Positions 17,097 through 29,152 of a stretch of 64,000 bases of DNA are shown one piece after another. This DNA is from the human T2T-CHM13v2.0 reference genome, Homo sapiens. Where the stretch lies: assembly GCF_009914755.1 (NCBI RefSeq), contig NC_060926.1; one strand, 5' to 3'. Each line of letters opens with the position of its first letter. Position 1 is the stretch's first letter. A program made the position numbers and the translations under genes. The notes under the pieces were generated by a model. That model was not told where the DNA came from. It saw only the letters and a program-made list of their open reading frames with translations, and did not search any database.

Positions 17097-18104
17097 CTGC
17101 AGCAAGACAATGGGCGTCTGAAGTCGAGGCCTGCCTGCCCATCTCCGGTCAAGGATCTGTCCCTTCTGCCTATTCCATTCCTAGACCTTTGATGGGTGCT
17201 GGTTCATCTCAGCTCCTTAAGTAGGGCTTAAGGGACTCGGACATTTCTAGGCCTCAGCTGTTTGATATTTCTGTTAAACAGACACAGAGACTGTCTGCTT
17301 TCATTCTCCCCTAGCTTCCCCATAAGCATTTCACACGTTTTTATTTGTTTGGAGTAGATAGGACCCAGTCCTCTTCCTCCCCCTTAGGCAGCTGACACAT
17401 GGTTTGCAAAGTTCTGTCCCCTGCTTGGCATATACCTACTCAGTCAGAGGCCTGCAGGTAGGACAGAGGGCATGCAGAATGGATCTTGCTTGGCCAGTGC
17501 CTTAGTGTGCGACTTCCAGTTAACTCCATGAGCAAAGTGGGCCAGACATTCTCACCAGAACACTCTACATAGCACCTCAGGGCATGTCTCTCCCCGCTCC
17601 CCATGTGAATGATGTAGTGATGGCTGGGAAAGTCTCTTGTCTGGAGACTGGAGCATCTCCCCAGGGCCTTCAGAGCTCCTTGTGCCGGTGAAGCACAGTT
17701 ACATAGAATCATCTTCCCAAATAGGGAACGGCCATTCTAGAGAAAAAACTCCTTTACTAAGGTGAGCAAGAAGTTATTAGGTATCCATATATGATTTCAG
17801 ATTGTTTCACACATGACTCAAAAAAGCATGTTTTTGTTTAGATGATTGAGTCAAATCCGATAGAGATGATGAATTAGGTAGGAATGCATGCTTTCCCAGT
17901 GGCTGGGTCTGGGTCATTCGCTCTGCTTCCAAAATCTTAATCTCAAAACTAACTTTTTTTTTTAATTGCTTATGTGGTCAGGCCTAATTAAAAACTCAAA
18001 GCCCCACACAATCTGACACTCTTTTTCTCTGGTGGTGACTATTTCCTTCCCTCTTCTGAGAATCACAGTTAATTACTATTTGTTGAATGAAGGAAGGAAG
18101 GAGG

Positions 18105-18335
18105 AAGTGTGCAGCCTCTAGATCTGGAGCCCCTGGGTTTTAATGCTAGCTCTACCACTTATTAATGTGAAACCTTAAACAAGTTCCCTCTGTACTTCAG
18201 GTTTCTCAGTGGCAAAATGGGATTTACGGGCAGAAGGGAGTTCTCCCAAGGGCTAAATTAGCTAACACATGTAAAGCACATAAACAGGGCCTGGCACGTA
18301 GAGAGCATCAATAAATGTTAACCATTGTTATTATT
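18105..18335 (+). mobile_element. MIR
   Basis: gctctaccacttatt...cttcaggtttctcagtggcaaaatggg...cctggcacgtagagagcatcaataaatgtta. Confidence 0.7.
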
Positions 18336-18371
18336 CTATCATCTACTACTCCCTTTCATCTTTACCTCTAC

Positions 18372-18509
18372 CTTAGCACTGGTGTTCCTGCTTCTAGGCT
18401 CATCTATGGATGGAGCCTTGGTGGATGGGCTCCGGGATATTCTAGACCATTGACTGCGCACAAGGTACCCTCGAGAGTCTGTCTTCCGCAGTGATGATTC
18501 TTGTGATCC
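18372..18509 (-). CDS. NT5C1B: NT5C1B exon 4 (GSQESSLRK...RNTSAK)
   Basis: cacag acceptor, 138 nt, AAG|gtagag donor; a second donor lies 6 nt further on. Confidence 0.9.
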
Positions 18510-19111
18510 CTGTGATGGAAAGAAGAAACCCAACGGTGTAAAACCCCATCACCAACTCCTTCTATACGTGTGCCTGCAGAATAGTCATGTCAGGCTGAAT
18601 ATAGCAGCACCCAGTGAGAAGATCCCTGGCCTCAATGACTCTTAACTCAACCTGAACTCTTCTGTACTATTCTAACTCTGGTCTAGTCCTCACTTCTGTT
18701 TGGAGCATCTATGTGGGGGTCCACTTGAAAGAGCATCCAAAACCAAGATGCAAACATATTTTTTCACTGTGACTCCTCTTATGTGGATATTAGTATGGTT
18801 CACCATTGTTCCTCCCTTTTCCTCACTTCTTCCCTCGAGGATAAGCCTGTTAACAGATGCTGAAACAATATATCCACCATTTTTTACCAGACTGTAAAGG
18901 TGAGGGCAACTGGTGCCCCACTGAGGTTGCAGGGGGACTCTAAGGCAGCTGCTGAAAAGGAATGGAGCCCTCAAGCTTTTCTTTTAGGAGAAACAAGAAT
19001 GAAGGACCCCCCGGAACAGCAAAGTAAAAGAGTTTCTATTTGCCATATTCTTCCCCTCACCCAGGTTGTCTGTGGTTCCCCTCCAGAATCGGTAGTGTGA
19101 TCTCTGCTCAC

Positions 19112-19291
19112 CCTCATCATGGTGATCTGCTGGCCCTGCTCCCACAACAGGCACATGTGAATATAAATACGTATTGTGTGGCAGGGGCCAAGGGCTGTTC
19201 CCTCAGCTGCACAAAGGCAGCGTCTACACGACGAGTGACCCTGGAAGGGGCAACATCTCAGCGAGTGATTCGGATTGACTGCACGCCTCAT
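19112..19291 (-). CDS. NT5C1B: NT5C1B cassette exon 3 (60 aa, Cys-rich, MRRAVNPNH...QITMMR)
   Basis: ttcag acceptor, 180 nt, AGG|gtgag donor; the size fits the recalled 610 vs 550 aa isoform difference. Confidence 0.85.
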
Positions 19292-19620
19292 CTGAAAGAT
19301 TGTGCAGAAAGTGGTCAATGCCATGGCCAGACCCCCTCCCCTCCCTGATTTGAACAAAGACCAGTCTCCCCCCTGTGTAGGCTGAGCAGAGGAGCCTGCT
19401 GTGGTTCCACACATTCGAAGTGAACACTAGGGTATGGATGGAGGGGAAGGCAGGGCCCAACCTTTCCTAGTTCCTTAACCTTCTCATGAGGACATTAGGG
19501 ACGCCTTAATACAATTCTCAACAGCTTGGTCTTCTCTCCCAGAACTCCCTGCCCCCTAACATTTTCCATTATGCTTTCTGCTCCTTAATTTCCTCACCTC
19601 TGCTACAGAGATCAGCTCAC

Positions 19621-19710
19621 CTGATTGCTCAGACGAACTCCTGTTTTGTCAGATTCCTTTCTTTTTTCTGCTTCTAGACTCTCTTTTGAGGACCTCATTC
19701 CGGGCTCATT
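19621..19710 (-). CDS. NT5C1B: NT5C1B exon 2 (NEPGMRSSKESLEAEKRKESDKTGVRLSNQ)
   Basis: Pyrimidine tract plus ag acceptor, 90 nt phase 0-0, CAG|gtgag donor. Confidence 0.93.
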
Positions 19711-21556
19711 CTTGACAAGGAAACAAAGAATGTTTATTAATTTTTAATCTCAGGGCATTAGGAACTTTGGCTTTCAGAATAAAAGGATAAAGAAAACACA
19801 AAATTTATTTATTTGCCAATATAAAAAGGTATAAACTCTAGACCTTAGTTTCCCCTGTTCTAACAAGCATGAGTAAAAGGTAACACATATTTTATTAAAA
19901 AGAATTATATAAACAAGTTTTAATATAGAAATTTGTTGGTTCATAGATTTGAGATATAAAGCATTTATTGTTTAAAGACTGATAACATGGGAAATATTAG
20001 AGAATTGTGAAGTTGTTTATGTAGAATAAGTTTGTTTTTTTTTCTATTACTCTGAAGATTGCTACTTATGGAACTTACTTTTCCTTGCCATTTAGAATTC
20101 AATTTTTTCTTGTTTTCATCATCACTACAGCTCAAACTTTTTGTGGCTCTAGCCTCACCAATATTAGTTTGATTTCTAAATATAAGGACCTTAATCTCAT
20201 ACAAATTTATTGAAAGTCATGTCTTCTGTTCCTATCATTTAATTACTCATAGATCTAGAGTGGAAAGGGATTTCTTACCAACAAATTAACAACAGATAGG
20301 GAAAACCAAGTAAAAGAGCACAAGAAGATGACTCACTTTATGGAACTCTACTCAAATATTTATGTTTTCATTTTCATTTGGAGGAGATACTTATTGGAAT
20401 ATTATTTGAACTGTTTCATGCTAAGTAAGTAGCTGCAATGTGATCAAGATTAGTGTTATTTATATGTTTAAGGAGCACAACTTCTAAGTTAGACCAAGAT
20501 CCACTAGAGCAGTCTATATTCATCCGTTTATGCTCTGTGTCTTGCATGCAGGAAAAATCTCATCAATGTTAGTTGCATGAGAATGTTAGTTGCATGAGAG
20601 AATGGCATAGCTGTATGACTCCTGAACTAATTTTAAAATCTTTTCATCAACCCTCACTCACCTTATACACATACATAGCAGTCACCATAATACCTCTTAC
20701 TTCTAATTCCAAATGATATTTTGAATCCAGTTCCTTTTTTCTATCTCTATTATCATTGCCTTGTTCCAGGTCTCTGACCATCCTGGGACTACATTTTCAG
20801 AATATAGCCTTTCAAACAGGTTTCATGGCCTTAAATCCTCTCCACTTCTAGATCTGTCCACCGTATTTATTTAGAGTAATATTTACAAGATGTAAATCTA
20901 GTAATGCTTCATTCCTGGATAAACACTTTCTTCACTTGGTTTGACCAGGAGCCTCATGATGTTTTCCTGTGTACCTGCTACTTGCATGCCCTTCACTCTA
21001 TACTTTATCACTATGTTCTACTAATACCAAGTGACTTGTATTTGCCTGCATACACCAGCCTTATTTCCTTATGGTCTCCTCTTCTCTCCTGTGTTCTTCG
21101 AAACCCAGCTCAGTGTGACCTGGGGGAAGTTCCCAGAGTGAAATATTGCCCTGTGTTCCTTGTGTCTTTTGTACATACTTTTATGGAGCAATGAGTTGTC
21201 CTTTGTCTATTGTCTTTCCTACTAGGCCATGCATTCTTCAAAGACAGCCACTGTTTTTACCTTTTACTACTAACATATGAGTATATGCTAAATGAATACT
21301 GACTTATTGGAATCATTTATATACTACACGTTTTTTAATCTCTTTCTTTGCTGTCTTAATTTCTTTTAAATTTCTCCTTCTTCCCTTTTCTCTACTCTTT
21401 CCATTGCCTTTATTCTCTCCCTTCTCTTTTCCTCTACCTGAAGCCATTATCTGAAATTATTTGATCATTGCAGAGCCTTTGCAGAGGCAAATGATGGACT
21501 GATATCCACATTTCTTCAGCCCCATGGCAAGATTCTAAGACACTCGGTTCACTCAC

Positions 21557-21586
21557 CTTTTTCTGTTTGAGAGATGTTTGACTCAT
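21557..21586 (-). CDS. NT5C1B: NT5C1B coding exon 1 (MSQTSLKQKK)
   Basis: ATG at 21586-21584, 30 nt, followed by AAG|gtgagt donor; peptide matches the NT5C1B N-terminus as I recall it. Confidence 0.95.
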
Positions 21587-21689
21587 TTTTTTACCTGTTG
21601 AAATTCTTTTGTTGTTATCCACATTTTTGTCTCCCCAGCTCCATTTCCTGTCACTTCCCTTGCTCAGTCTAGCTTTGCATTTAGAATGT

Positions 21690-21730
21690 CAAATTTATGA
21701 CATCATATGTGATTCCATAGTAACAAACTG
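21690..21730 (-). promoter_or_regulatory. Putative NT5C1B proximal promoter with CRE-like TGACATCA (21698-21705) and RFX X-box-like GTTACTATGGAATC (21711-21724)
   Basis: Motifs read directly ~110-140 nt upstream of the ATG; the TSS itself cannot be seen in the sequence. Confidence 0.5.
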
Positions 21731-21933
21731 ACTCTATGAATATGTGATTAACCTTTTCTTAAAAAACAAAAAATAAATGTTTCTTCATTTTGAGTGTATC
21801 TGCTCATAGCCATTGTCTTTGTTTTCAGAAATTGATGTCTAAACATTGTTCAAATGTTCAATATGTAGCAATATCAATATTACCACTTCCTTTTTAAATC
21901 TTTTTAAGCATTTCTCTGCCATTCATTATATTA

Positions 21934-22467
21934 ATCCCATTTGTGACTGTCTGTTTCCTGGTACTGCCAAAATGAATGGCAAAGTCATTTGTGGATCCAA
22001 TCATTTATCCATGTTCATTCTGCCAGACAGACTTTGGAGGGCTTTTCTCAGATCTAGAGACTATTTTTGACAGCTGGGATTTTGTTCCAGACATGGAGTT
22101 TAGACTTGAGTTTGAGTTTAGCTTTAATGTCTCATGTTTCTTTCAATGGCAAAACCTGTTGAGGAAGACACTGTCAAAGCCCCTTCCCCATGGCTAGACT
22201 CAGTGTAGAATGTTACCTTTGCTGCCCCATCCTTAACCCTTAACCCTGGGCTGCCCCATCCTTAACCCTTTAAACACTAAAGCTAAACTCAAACTCAAGT
22301 CTAAACTCCATGTCTAGAACAAAATCTCAGCTGTCAAAAATAGTTTCCAGATCTGAGGAAAGCCCCCCAAAGTCTGGGAGAGTGAACATGGATAAATGAT
22401 TGGGTCCACAAATGAGTTTGTGATTCATTTTGGCAAGTAACAGGAAACATACAGTTACAAATAGAAT
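21934..22467. repeat. Long inverted repeat (arms ~21934-22130 and ~22274-22467)
   Basis: For example agacatggagtttagacttgagtttgagtttagcttta pairs with taaagctaaactcaaactcaagtctaaactccatgtct. Confidence 0.93.
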
Positions 22468-22804
22468 TGATATTTGTAAAAAGTAGCCCCTAACTCTGGT
22501 TTACAGAATCTAAACATGTTCTCCATTTTAGTTTTCTCCTTTTATCTTCACCCAAGCTTTAGATAGGAGACATGTGCCATGCCAACCTGAGCTGGTGAAA
22601 TCATCAAGGACTGAGGCAGGTTTCCAGCCTGTTTTCATGGGACAAGTTGATAGCTAAGGTTGAATATCGGAAGTTGTTGATGGTTTTAATTTAAGTTATC
22701 CAAGGAGTCTTTTAGTTAGTAAAACATTCAGGCTGTAGGTAAGAGTGCCTGGGTTTAAGTTATTTCATCTCTCCCCTACTCCCCACTGTACACCCAACCC
22801 CCAG

Positions 22805-23254
22805 CATTCTACCCAAAATTTGTACAGGGGTCATTTGTTTTTGCATGGTTATGATGTTATTGTGTAATATTTGTATAAGTTATGTAGACAATCAAAGTTG
22901 TAAGTGCTATACGTTTCAGAGTAACTTCAGAGAACCTTACCTTTTCTATTAAAATCACACCCCTAAGTACCAAGAGCATCTTTATTTTCTTAGTATGCTG
23001 TGTTTGGGGCCAGAGCAGCTAATGTGAATTTCATCTCATTGTAATTAGGTGTTTTATTTCTACTATTCAGGATTATAAACTCATTATGGCTTCTTAGCAC
23101 TCCTTCGAGGGAGAGAGCAGAGGCTTCTGTTATAGGTTTCATGGGTAGGACTTCACTTAGGGAAGCCTGACATCCCAAATCTAGGGCTGTGGGCTGGAGT
23201 CCCTTCCTCCACAGTCTGGAAGCCTAGGCAAAAGCATGAACTGACCTGAGTCAG
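22805..23254 (+). repeat. Local direct duplication, copy B (upstream of the promoter)
   Basis: Aligns along its full length with 15638-16074. Confidence 0.92.
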
Positions 23255-23590
23255 AGGTTTATGTGACTCACAGTTCTGCAGACTATACAGGAAGCATAGT
23301 GCTGGCATGTGCTTCTGGCGAGGCCTCAGGAAGCTTCCCAATCATGACAGAAGGCAAAGAAGGAGCAAATGTGTAACACGACAAGAGCAGGAGCAAGAGA
23401 GAAGGGAGGAGGTCCCAGATTCTTTTGAACAGTCAGATATCCTCGTAACTCATTACCATGGGAAGGCACAAAGCCATCCATTAGGGATTGACCTTCATGA
23501 CCCAAACACCTCACACTAGGCCTCACCTCCAACATTGGGAGTCATCTTTTAACATAAGATTTGGAAGGGACAAATATCCAAACCATGTAA
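23255..23590 (-). mobile_element. MST-type MaLR LTR, truncated at its left end
   Basis: gactcacagttctgcag...aggcctcaggaagcttcccaatcatgacagaaggcaaa...ggacaaatatccaaacc. Confidence 0.8.
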
Positions 23591-23970
23591 TGGGTTAAGC
23601 ATGTTCTTGTCGCAAGACTTTTAAATTTGCTGCTCCATCTGCTGCAGCGGCCCATATATACACGTGCCTTAATTCCTTATTTTTTTAACTCTGCTCTCAA
23701 GCAGTCTCCTCAGAGAGGACTTCTCTGACTGTCACTAAAAATGATACCTCATTTCCTTCATCTTTTAACCCTTATGTCACTTTATTTTCAATCATAACAT
23801 TTATTTCAACCTGACTTTGTTTCACAAGAGTTTATTTGCTTATTGTCTTTTCTGGTCCCGCTGGAGCGAAAACTGCTTGTGAGAAGCGACCTATACATCT
23901 TTTCTACTGCTGCTTTCTTCTTGCCTAGAATAGTTACTAGGAGGTACTTCCATAAATATTTGTTGAATAA

Positions 23971-24376
<406 letters not shown>

Positions 24377-24475
24377 CTATGCCTTTGAGGAGGACCATGA
24401 AGTTAGTGCATGGGAAGAAAACCCAGAAGAGTGCTGTATTTCTTTCCTGTCCTTTAAAGCTTTTTTTCTAGAGAT

Positions 24476-25166
24476 CAGGGGTTCTCAAGCCTGAGAGTGC
24501 ATCAGTGCATTACTCTGAGAGGTTGTTAAAGTGACTTTGCAACAGGAGAATGGTTAAACTGTGGCACATTCATACCATGGAACACTAATCAGCAATGCAG
24601 AGAAACAAACTATTGATACACACAATAATATGAATGACTCCACAGAGAATTATGCTGGGTAAAAAAAGAGCCAGTCCCCAAGAGTTATATACTATATGAT
24701 TTCATTTGTATAACATTCTTGAAATGACAACAATTATAGAATGGAGAACAGGTCAGTGGTTGCCAGCATGACGAGGTGGGTGAAGTTAAGTGGGTGTAAC
24801 TAGAAAAGGGCAACATGAAAGATCTCTGTGGTGACGGAAAGTCTGTATTTTTTATTTGGTTGTATCAGTGTCAACACCTGGGCTGTGATATTGTACTATA
24901 GTTTTGTAGGATGTCTAAATTGGGCAAAGGGTAATGGGATCATTCTGTATTTTTTTTTTTGCAACTGCCTATGAATCTACAATTATTTCAAAAATTTTAA
25001 AAAGTTTAATGAATTTTTTAAAAAACACATACACACAAATTTTTGGGCCTCTCCCCCCGGAATTTCTGATTCAGTAGACTTGGATAGGGCCCAAAACCTA
25101 AATGTGTAACATGTTCCCAGATAAAGCTGATACTGCTGGACTGAGCACCACACTTTGATAATCACT
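24476..25166. mobile_element. MER5A-like DNA element split by an old L1M 3' fragment (~24540-25020)
   Basis: caggggttctcaagc...; ttctgattcagtag...ccacactttga; L1 3' motifs in between. Confidence 0.6.
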
Positions 25167-26959
25167 AAGCCAGAATAATTAGGAATTCTTCATACTCACA
25201 GGTAAGCTCTAGCTGGTCCATCGACTTCATGTGAACAACATCAAATAATCCTCTACCATCTTAAATATTATTTCTTGTAGTAAAGACTATCATTAGTGAA
25301 ACAGTCTCTAGAATGGGCCTGTCAGACTCCAATGCTCAAGACAAAGCCTCACCTTTTTTCAATAGGGCCCTGTCTGATTGGTTGGACTGTAAGCAGTTCA
25401 CCAGCAACATCTGTGTCCTTTTCTGACTGCCTCAGCTGGAAAGGAACTGTCCAAGTTGTAGGTTCACATCCTTGGCTGCACATTACAATTACCTGAGAGC
25501 TTTTAAAAATCCCAGTGCCTCGGATCTTTCCAGGTCACAATCACAGACAAGTTTAATTAGAATCTCTGAATGTAAGACCCAGGTATCAGTATCATTTGTG
25601 TTTGACTGGAGGGCTGAGCCCTAGGCTCTCAGTAGAATTTCTAAGGTACCTACCTTCTTTCCTCCCTCTCCCCACATTGCCTTGGGTCCAGTTTCCCAGA
25701 TTCCACAAAGGGGAGGCAGCACCTGCTCAAGAAGCTGAACTCCCAAGGTAGAAACCCCAGTCTTACATTCCTTTCTCTCCCTTATCTGAGGTTCTTACAA
25801 GTTGCATGTCTTTTTTCTCAGCAGTGTCTCTCAAACACCAGGCACCCTTGCATTCCATTAGCTTTTGCCAAGTCTTCATCTTTTCCAGTGAGCTATGCAA
25901 GAGTCTCCTCACCAATCTCCTCAACTGTACTATTGTGTCCTTCTTAAATCCATCATTATATAGCCACTAAAGAGATCTTTCTAAAACACTAATAGATTCT
26001 TTCACTCCCTTATTTAAAACCCTTTCTGGAGAACCCTTTTTTCCCCCAAGAAACAAATTAGTATGATATCCAAGACTCCATGACCGAGTCTTTCTCCCAT
26101 TCCTTGCCTCCTTTGCAAGCCTCATATATCTAGATTTCCCCAACAAAACACTTTCACTGCCTTAAAAAAATCCTGGTTTATTGAGATATAATCAACACAC
26201 CATACGAGTCACCCATTTAAAGTGTACAATTCAATGGTTCTTAAAATATTTGTAGTCATGCAACTATAAACACAGATGAATTGTAGCATATTTTCAACAT
26301 CCCCAAAATAAATTCAGTATCTTCTAGATACAACCCCTATCTTCCCATCCCCTGCCCAGCCCTGAGTAATCATTAATTTACTTTCTTCATAACCCATTTT
26401 ACAGATCAATGCATCACTACCCAGTAGAGTTCTGAACTTTGGAGCAGGACTGACCTAGGTTTAAATCTTACCTTAGCTAGTCTGTATGTTTGGATCACTT
26501 ACTCCATCCAGACTTCAGTTTTGTTGCCATCAAAATTGGAAAAGTTACATCTACTTCTCATACAGGCTGTGAGGGTTATTAACAGTATAATAAGGTGCCT
26601 GACAATAATAGATAGGTGTTATCATTATATTTTAGTGAATTATGAATATAAAATTTTGAAAAAAATCATTGCTGTGATCCTATAACCAATAACTAGATAC
26701 TCCATGGCAGCAGTAACTACACTTTCAGATTTTAATAATATGTGGGCTAATGTGATATTTCAAATCAAGACTGTCTTAGAAAATTTAACGTGATTAGCAC
26801 TGGACTCAGTCTAGGTCACGGGGTGGATAGTTTTGGAAATATCAGGCCTAACATTAGTCAGCATAGGTGCATAATTCCTGAGGCTCACAGAAAGGCTGTG
26901 GAGAAGGGGAAAGGGTCACATTTTCTTATCATCTCCACCTGTCACTTAGATCAGCTTGC

Positions 26960-27575
26960 TGTATTAATTTTGCATGGCCATGTAACAAATTACTACTAAC
27001 TTACTGGCTTAAAATAATGTGCATTTGTTATCACACAGTTCTATTAGGTTAAAAGTCTGGGGAAGCTCACCTGGGTTCTTTGCTTAGAATCTGTTAAAGG
27101 TAAAATCAAGGTGTCAGCCATGTTGAGCTGTTACCTGGAGGCTCTGGGGAAGAATCTACTTCCAGTCTCATCTGGGTTGTTGGCAGAATTCAGTTTCTTC
27201 TAGTTGTAGGACGGAAGTCCAAGTTGCTGGATGTCAACCAGGGAATCACCCTCAGCTCCTAGAGGCCACTCTCAGGCCCTTGCTCTATGGCCCCCTCCAT
27301 CCCATTAGTGGAGAATCTTCCTTGTGCTGAATCCTATCCGTCAGAAAAAAATTCCTTTTAAAGGGCTCAGATAATTAGGTTATGCCCACTGGGATAATCT
27401 CTTTTTTATTAACTCAAAACCAACTAATGAGTAAGCTCAATTATATCTACAAAATCTTTCTTGCCATGTATAACATAATCATGGGAGTGATGCCCCATCG
27501 TATTCCCAGGGCAGGGAATTATACAAAGGTGAGGGTCTTTGGAGGGATCATCTTAGAATTTTGTCCTCCACACTC
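26960..27575 (-). mobile_element. MLT1 MaLR LTR
   Basis: tgtaacaaattactact...ggcttaaaataa...ggcagaattcagtttc. Confidence 0.7.
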
Positions 27576-28792
27576 ATTTAATTGACTTTGCCTAAGTGAA
27601 TCCTCAAAATAGGGAACTAAATAAATAAAACCCAGGCTTGCAAATTGGTGACCACCATTATCTGTTTCAGTGCATATGGACTATCTGGGGCTAGTATGGG
27701 CACTTGATTTGAAGATATATTCTGTTTTTAAAAGTATAGACTAGGAAATGTAACATGTATGGATGTGTTAGAGCCTGTCACTAAGTCCCCTGGATGTGCG
27801 TGTGTGGATATTTTTGGAGGAGTTATGTACTTTCTCCTGCACCTTTCTGAGGTCTGTGATTGTTGATGTGGGCATGGAACAGATGTAGGAGCACATGGAC
27901 ACCTCAGAGAAAGTTTACAAACTCAAGATGTCTTCATTGGGATAGTCCTAAAAGTAAGCACAAGGATAAAGTGGTATATCTTTCTTAGTTCTTTTCTGTA
28001 GAAATGGAAGTGTATTTCATGGTTGGTCTCTACATATACTAAAGTAACAGTATTGGTTTTGGGGTCAAATAAATTTGAGTTTTAAAACCAACTCTGTTAC
28101 TGATCACTTGCTTAACATCAGGCTAGTTACTTAACTTCAATAAATCTTTTTATTTTATGTCTGTGAAATGGGTGTTATACCTAGTTGGAGGGTTTTTAGG
28201 AAGAAATAAATGGGTAGCACATATAATGTGCTTGACCCAAAGTACTGGTTTGTGGTTAGGGTCTATGGTGAGTTGAGTCATGAACAATAATTTGAAGCTG
28301 TTCCCATTGGGAGCTGGATTCTATTTCCCATCTTTTGAATTTGGCTCTGTCTTGTGATATGCTTTAACTAATATAATGCAGAGAAAATAACATTATGTGA
28401 GTCCTTGAGCCCAGGGCTCCCAAGGCTTGCAGTGCTTTCCAAGGCTATCTTCTTGGAATGCTGCTTCCATGGGGTGGCTTGAAATCTTCATGTTAAGAAA
28501 ATAAGGACAATAAGAAATAATACTTTTGAGTACATGCTAGACACATTGCATTTTATACTGTTTAGTACTTTTTAATCACCAAGCAGTGTAGAGTGAAACA
28601 ACTTGCCTGAAGTTGTGAAGTGACAGTTGTTTAATCATACTTTCTCTTCTACAGTGGCCTGGTCTTTTATACCTATCTTAACAATAGGCCAATCTGGAAT
28701 CCTATGTAATTAATTGGATAGTCAAAAAATTGGATAAGTAAAGTCATTATAGTTTCTAAGTATGAGCTTCATCCAATGAGACTGTATCTCTA

Positions 28793-29152
28793 TGTATTAG
28801 CCTATTTTCATGCTGCTGATGAGACAGTCCCAAGACTGGGCAATTTACAAAGAAAAAGAGGCTTAATGGACTCACTGTTCCATGTGGCTGGGGAGGCCTC
28901 ACAATCATGGCAGAAGGCAAAAGGCACTTCTTACATGGTGGCAGGCAAGAGAGAATGAAAGCCAAGTGAAAGGGGAAGCGCTTTATAAAACTATCACATC
29001 TTGTGAGACTTATTCATTACCAGGAGAACAGTATGTGGAAACCACCTCCATGATTCAGTTATCTCCCACCGGGTCCCTCCCACAAGACGTGGGAATTGTG
29101 GGAGCTACAGTTCAACATGAAATTTGGATGGGGACACAGCCAAACCCTATCA
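28793..29152 (-). mobile_element. THE1 solo LTR
   Basis: TG...CA termini, 5-bp TSD ctcta, typical THE1 sequence. Confidence 0.92.

Larger units (their letters stand above)
16200..17150. promoter_or_regulatory. Intragenic CpG island over exons 5-6
   Basis: Very GC-rich with dense CpG (cgcg, gcgcg, ccgg) against a CpG-depleted, AT-rich background. Confidence 0.8.

Noticed and set aside
16559-17224. 221-aa antisense ORF and other overlapping ORFs (16249-16809, 16676-17152)
   Set aside because: Mostly non-ATG starts and low complexity; expected from stop-poor GC-rich CpG-island sequence overlapping real exons
20565-20598. 17-bp tandem duplication (similar ones at 41469-41516 and ~44960-44995)
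   Set aside because: Ordinary slippage duplications with two copies each; not an array or CRISPR-like structure
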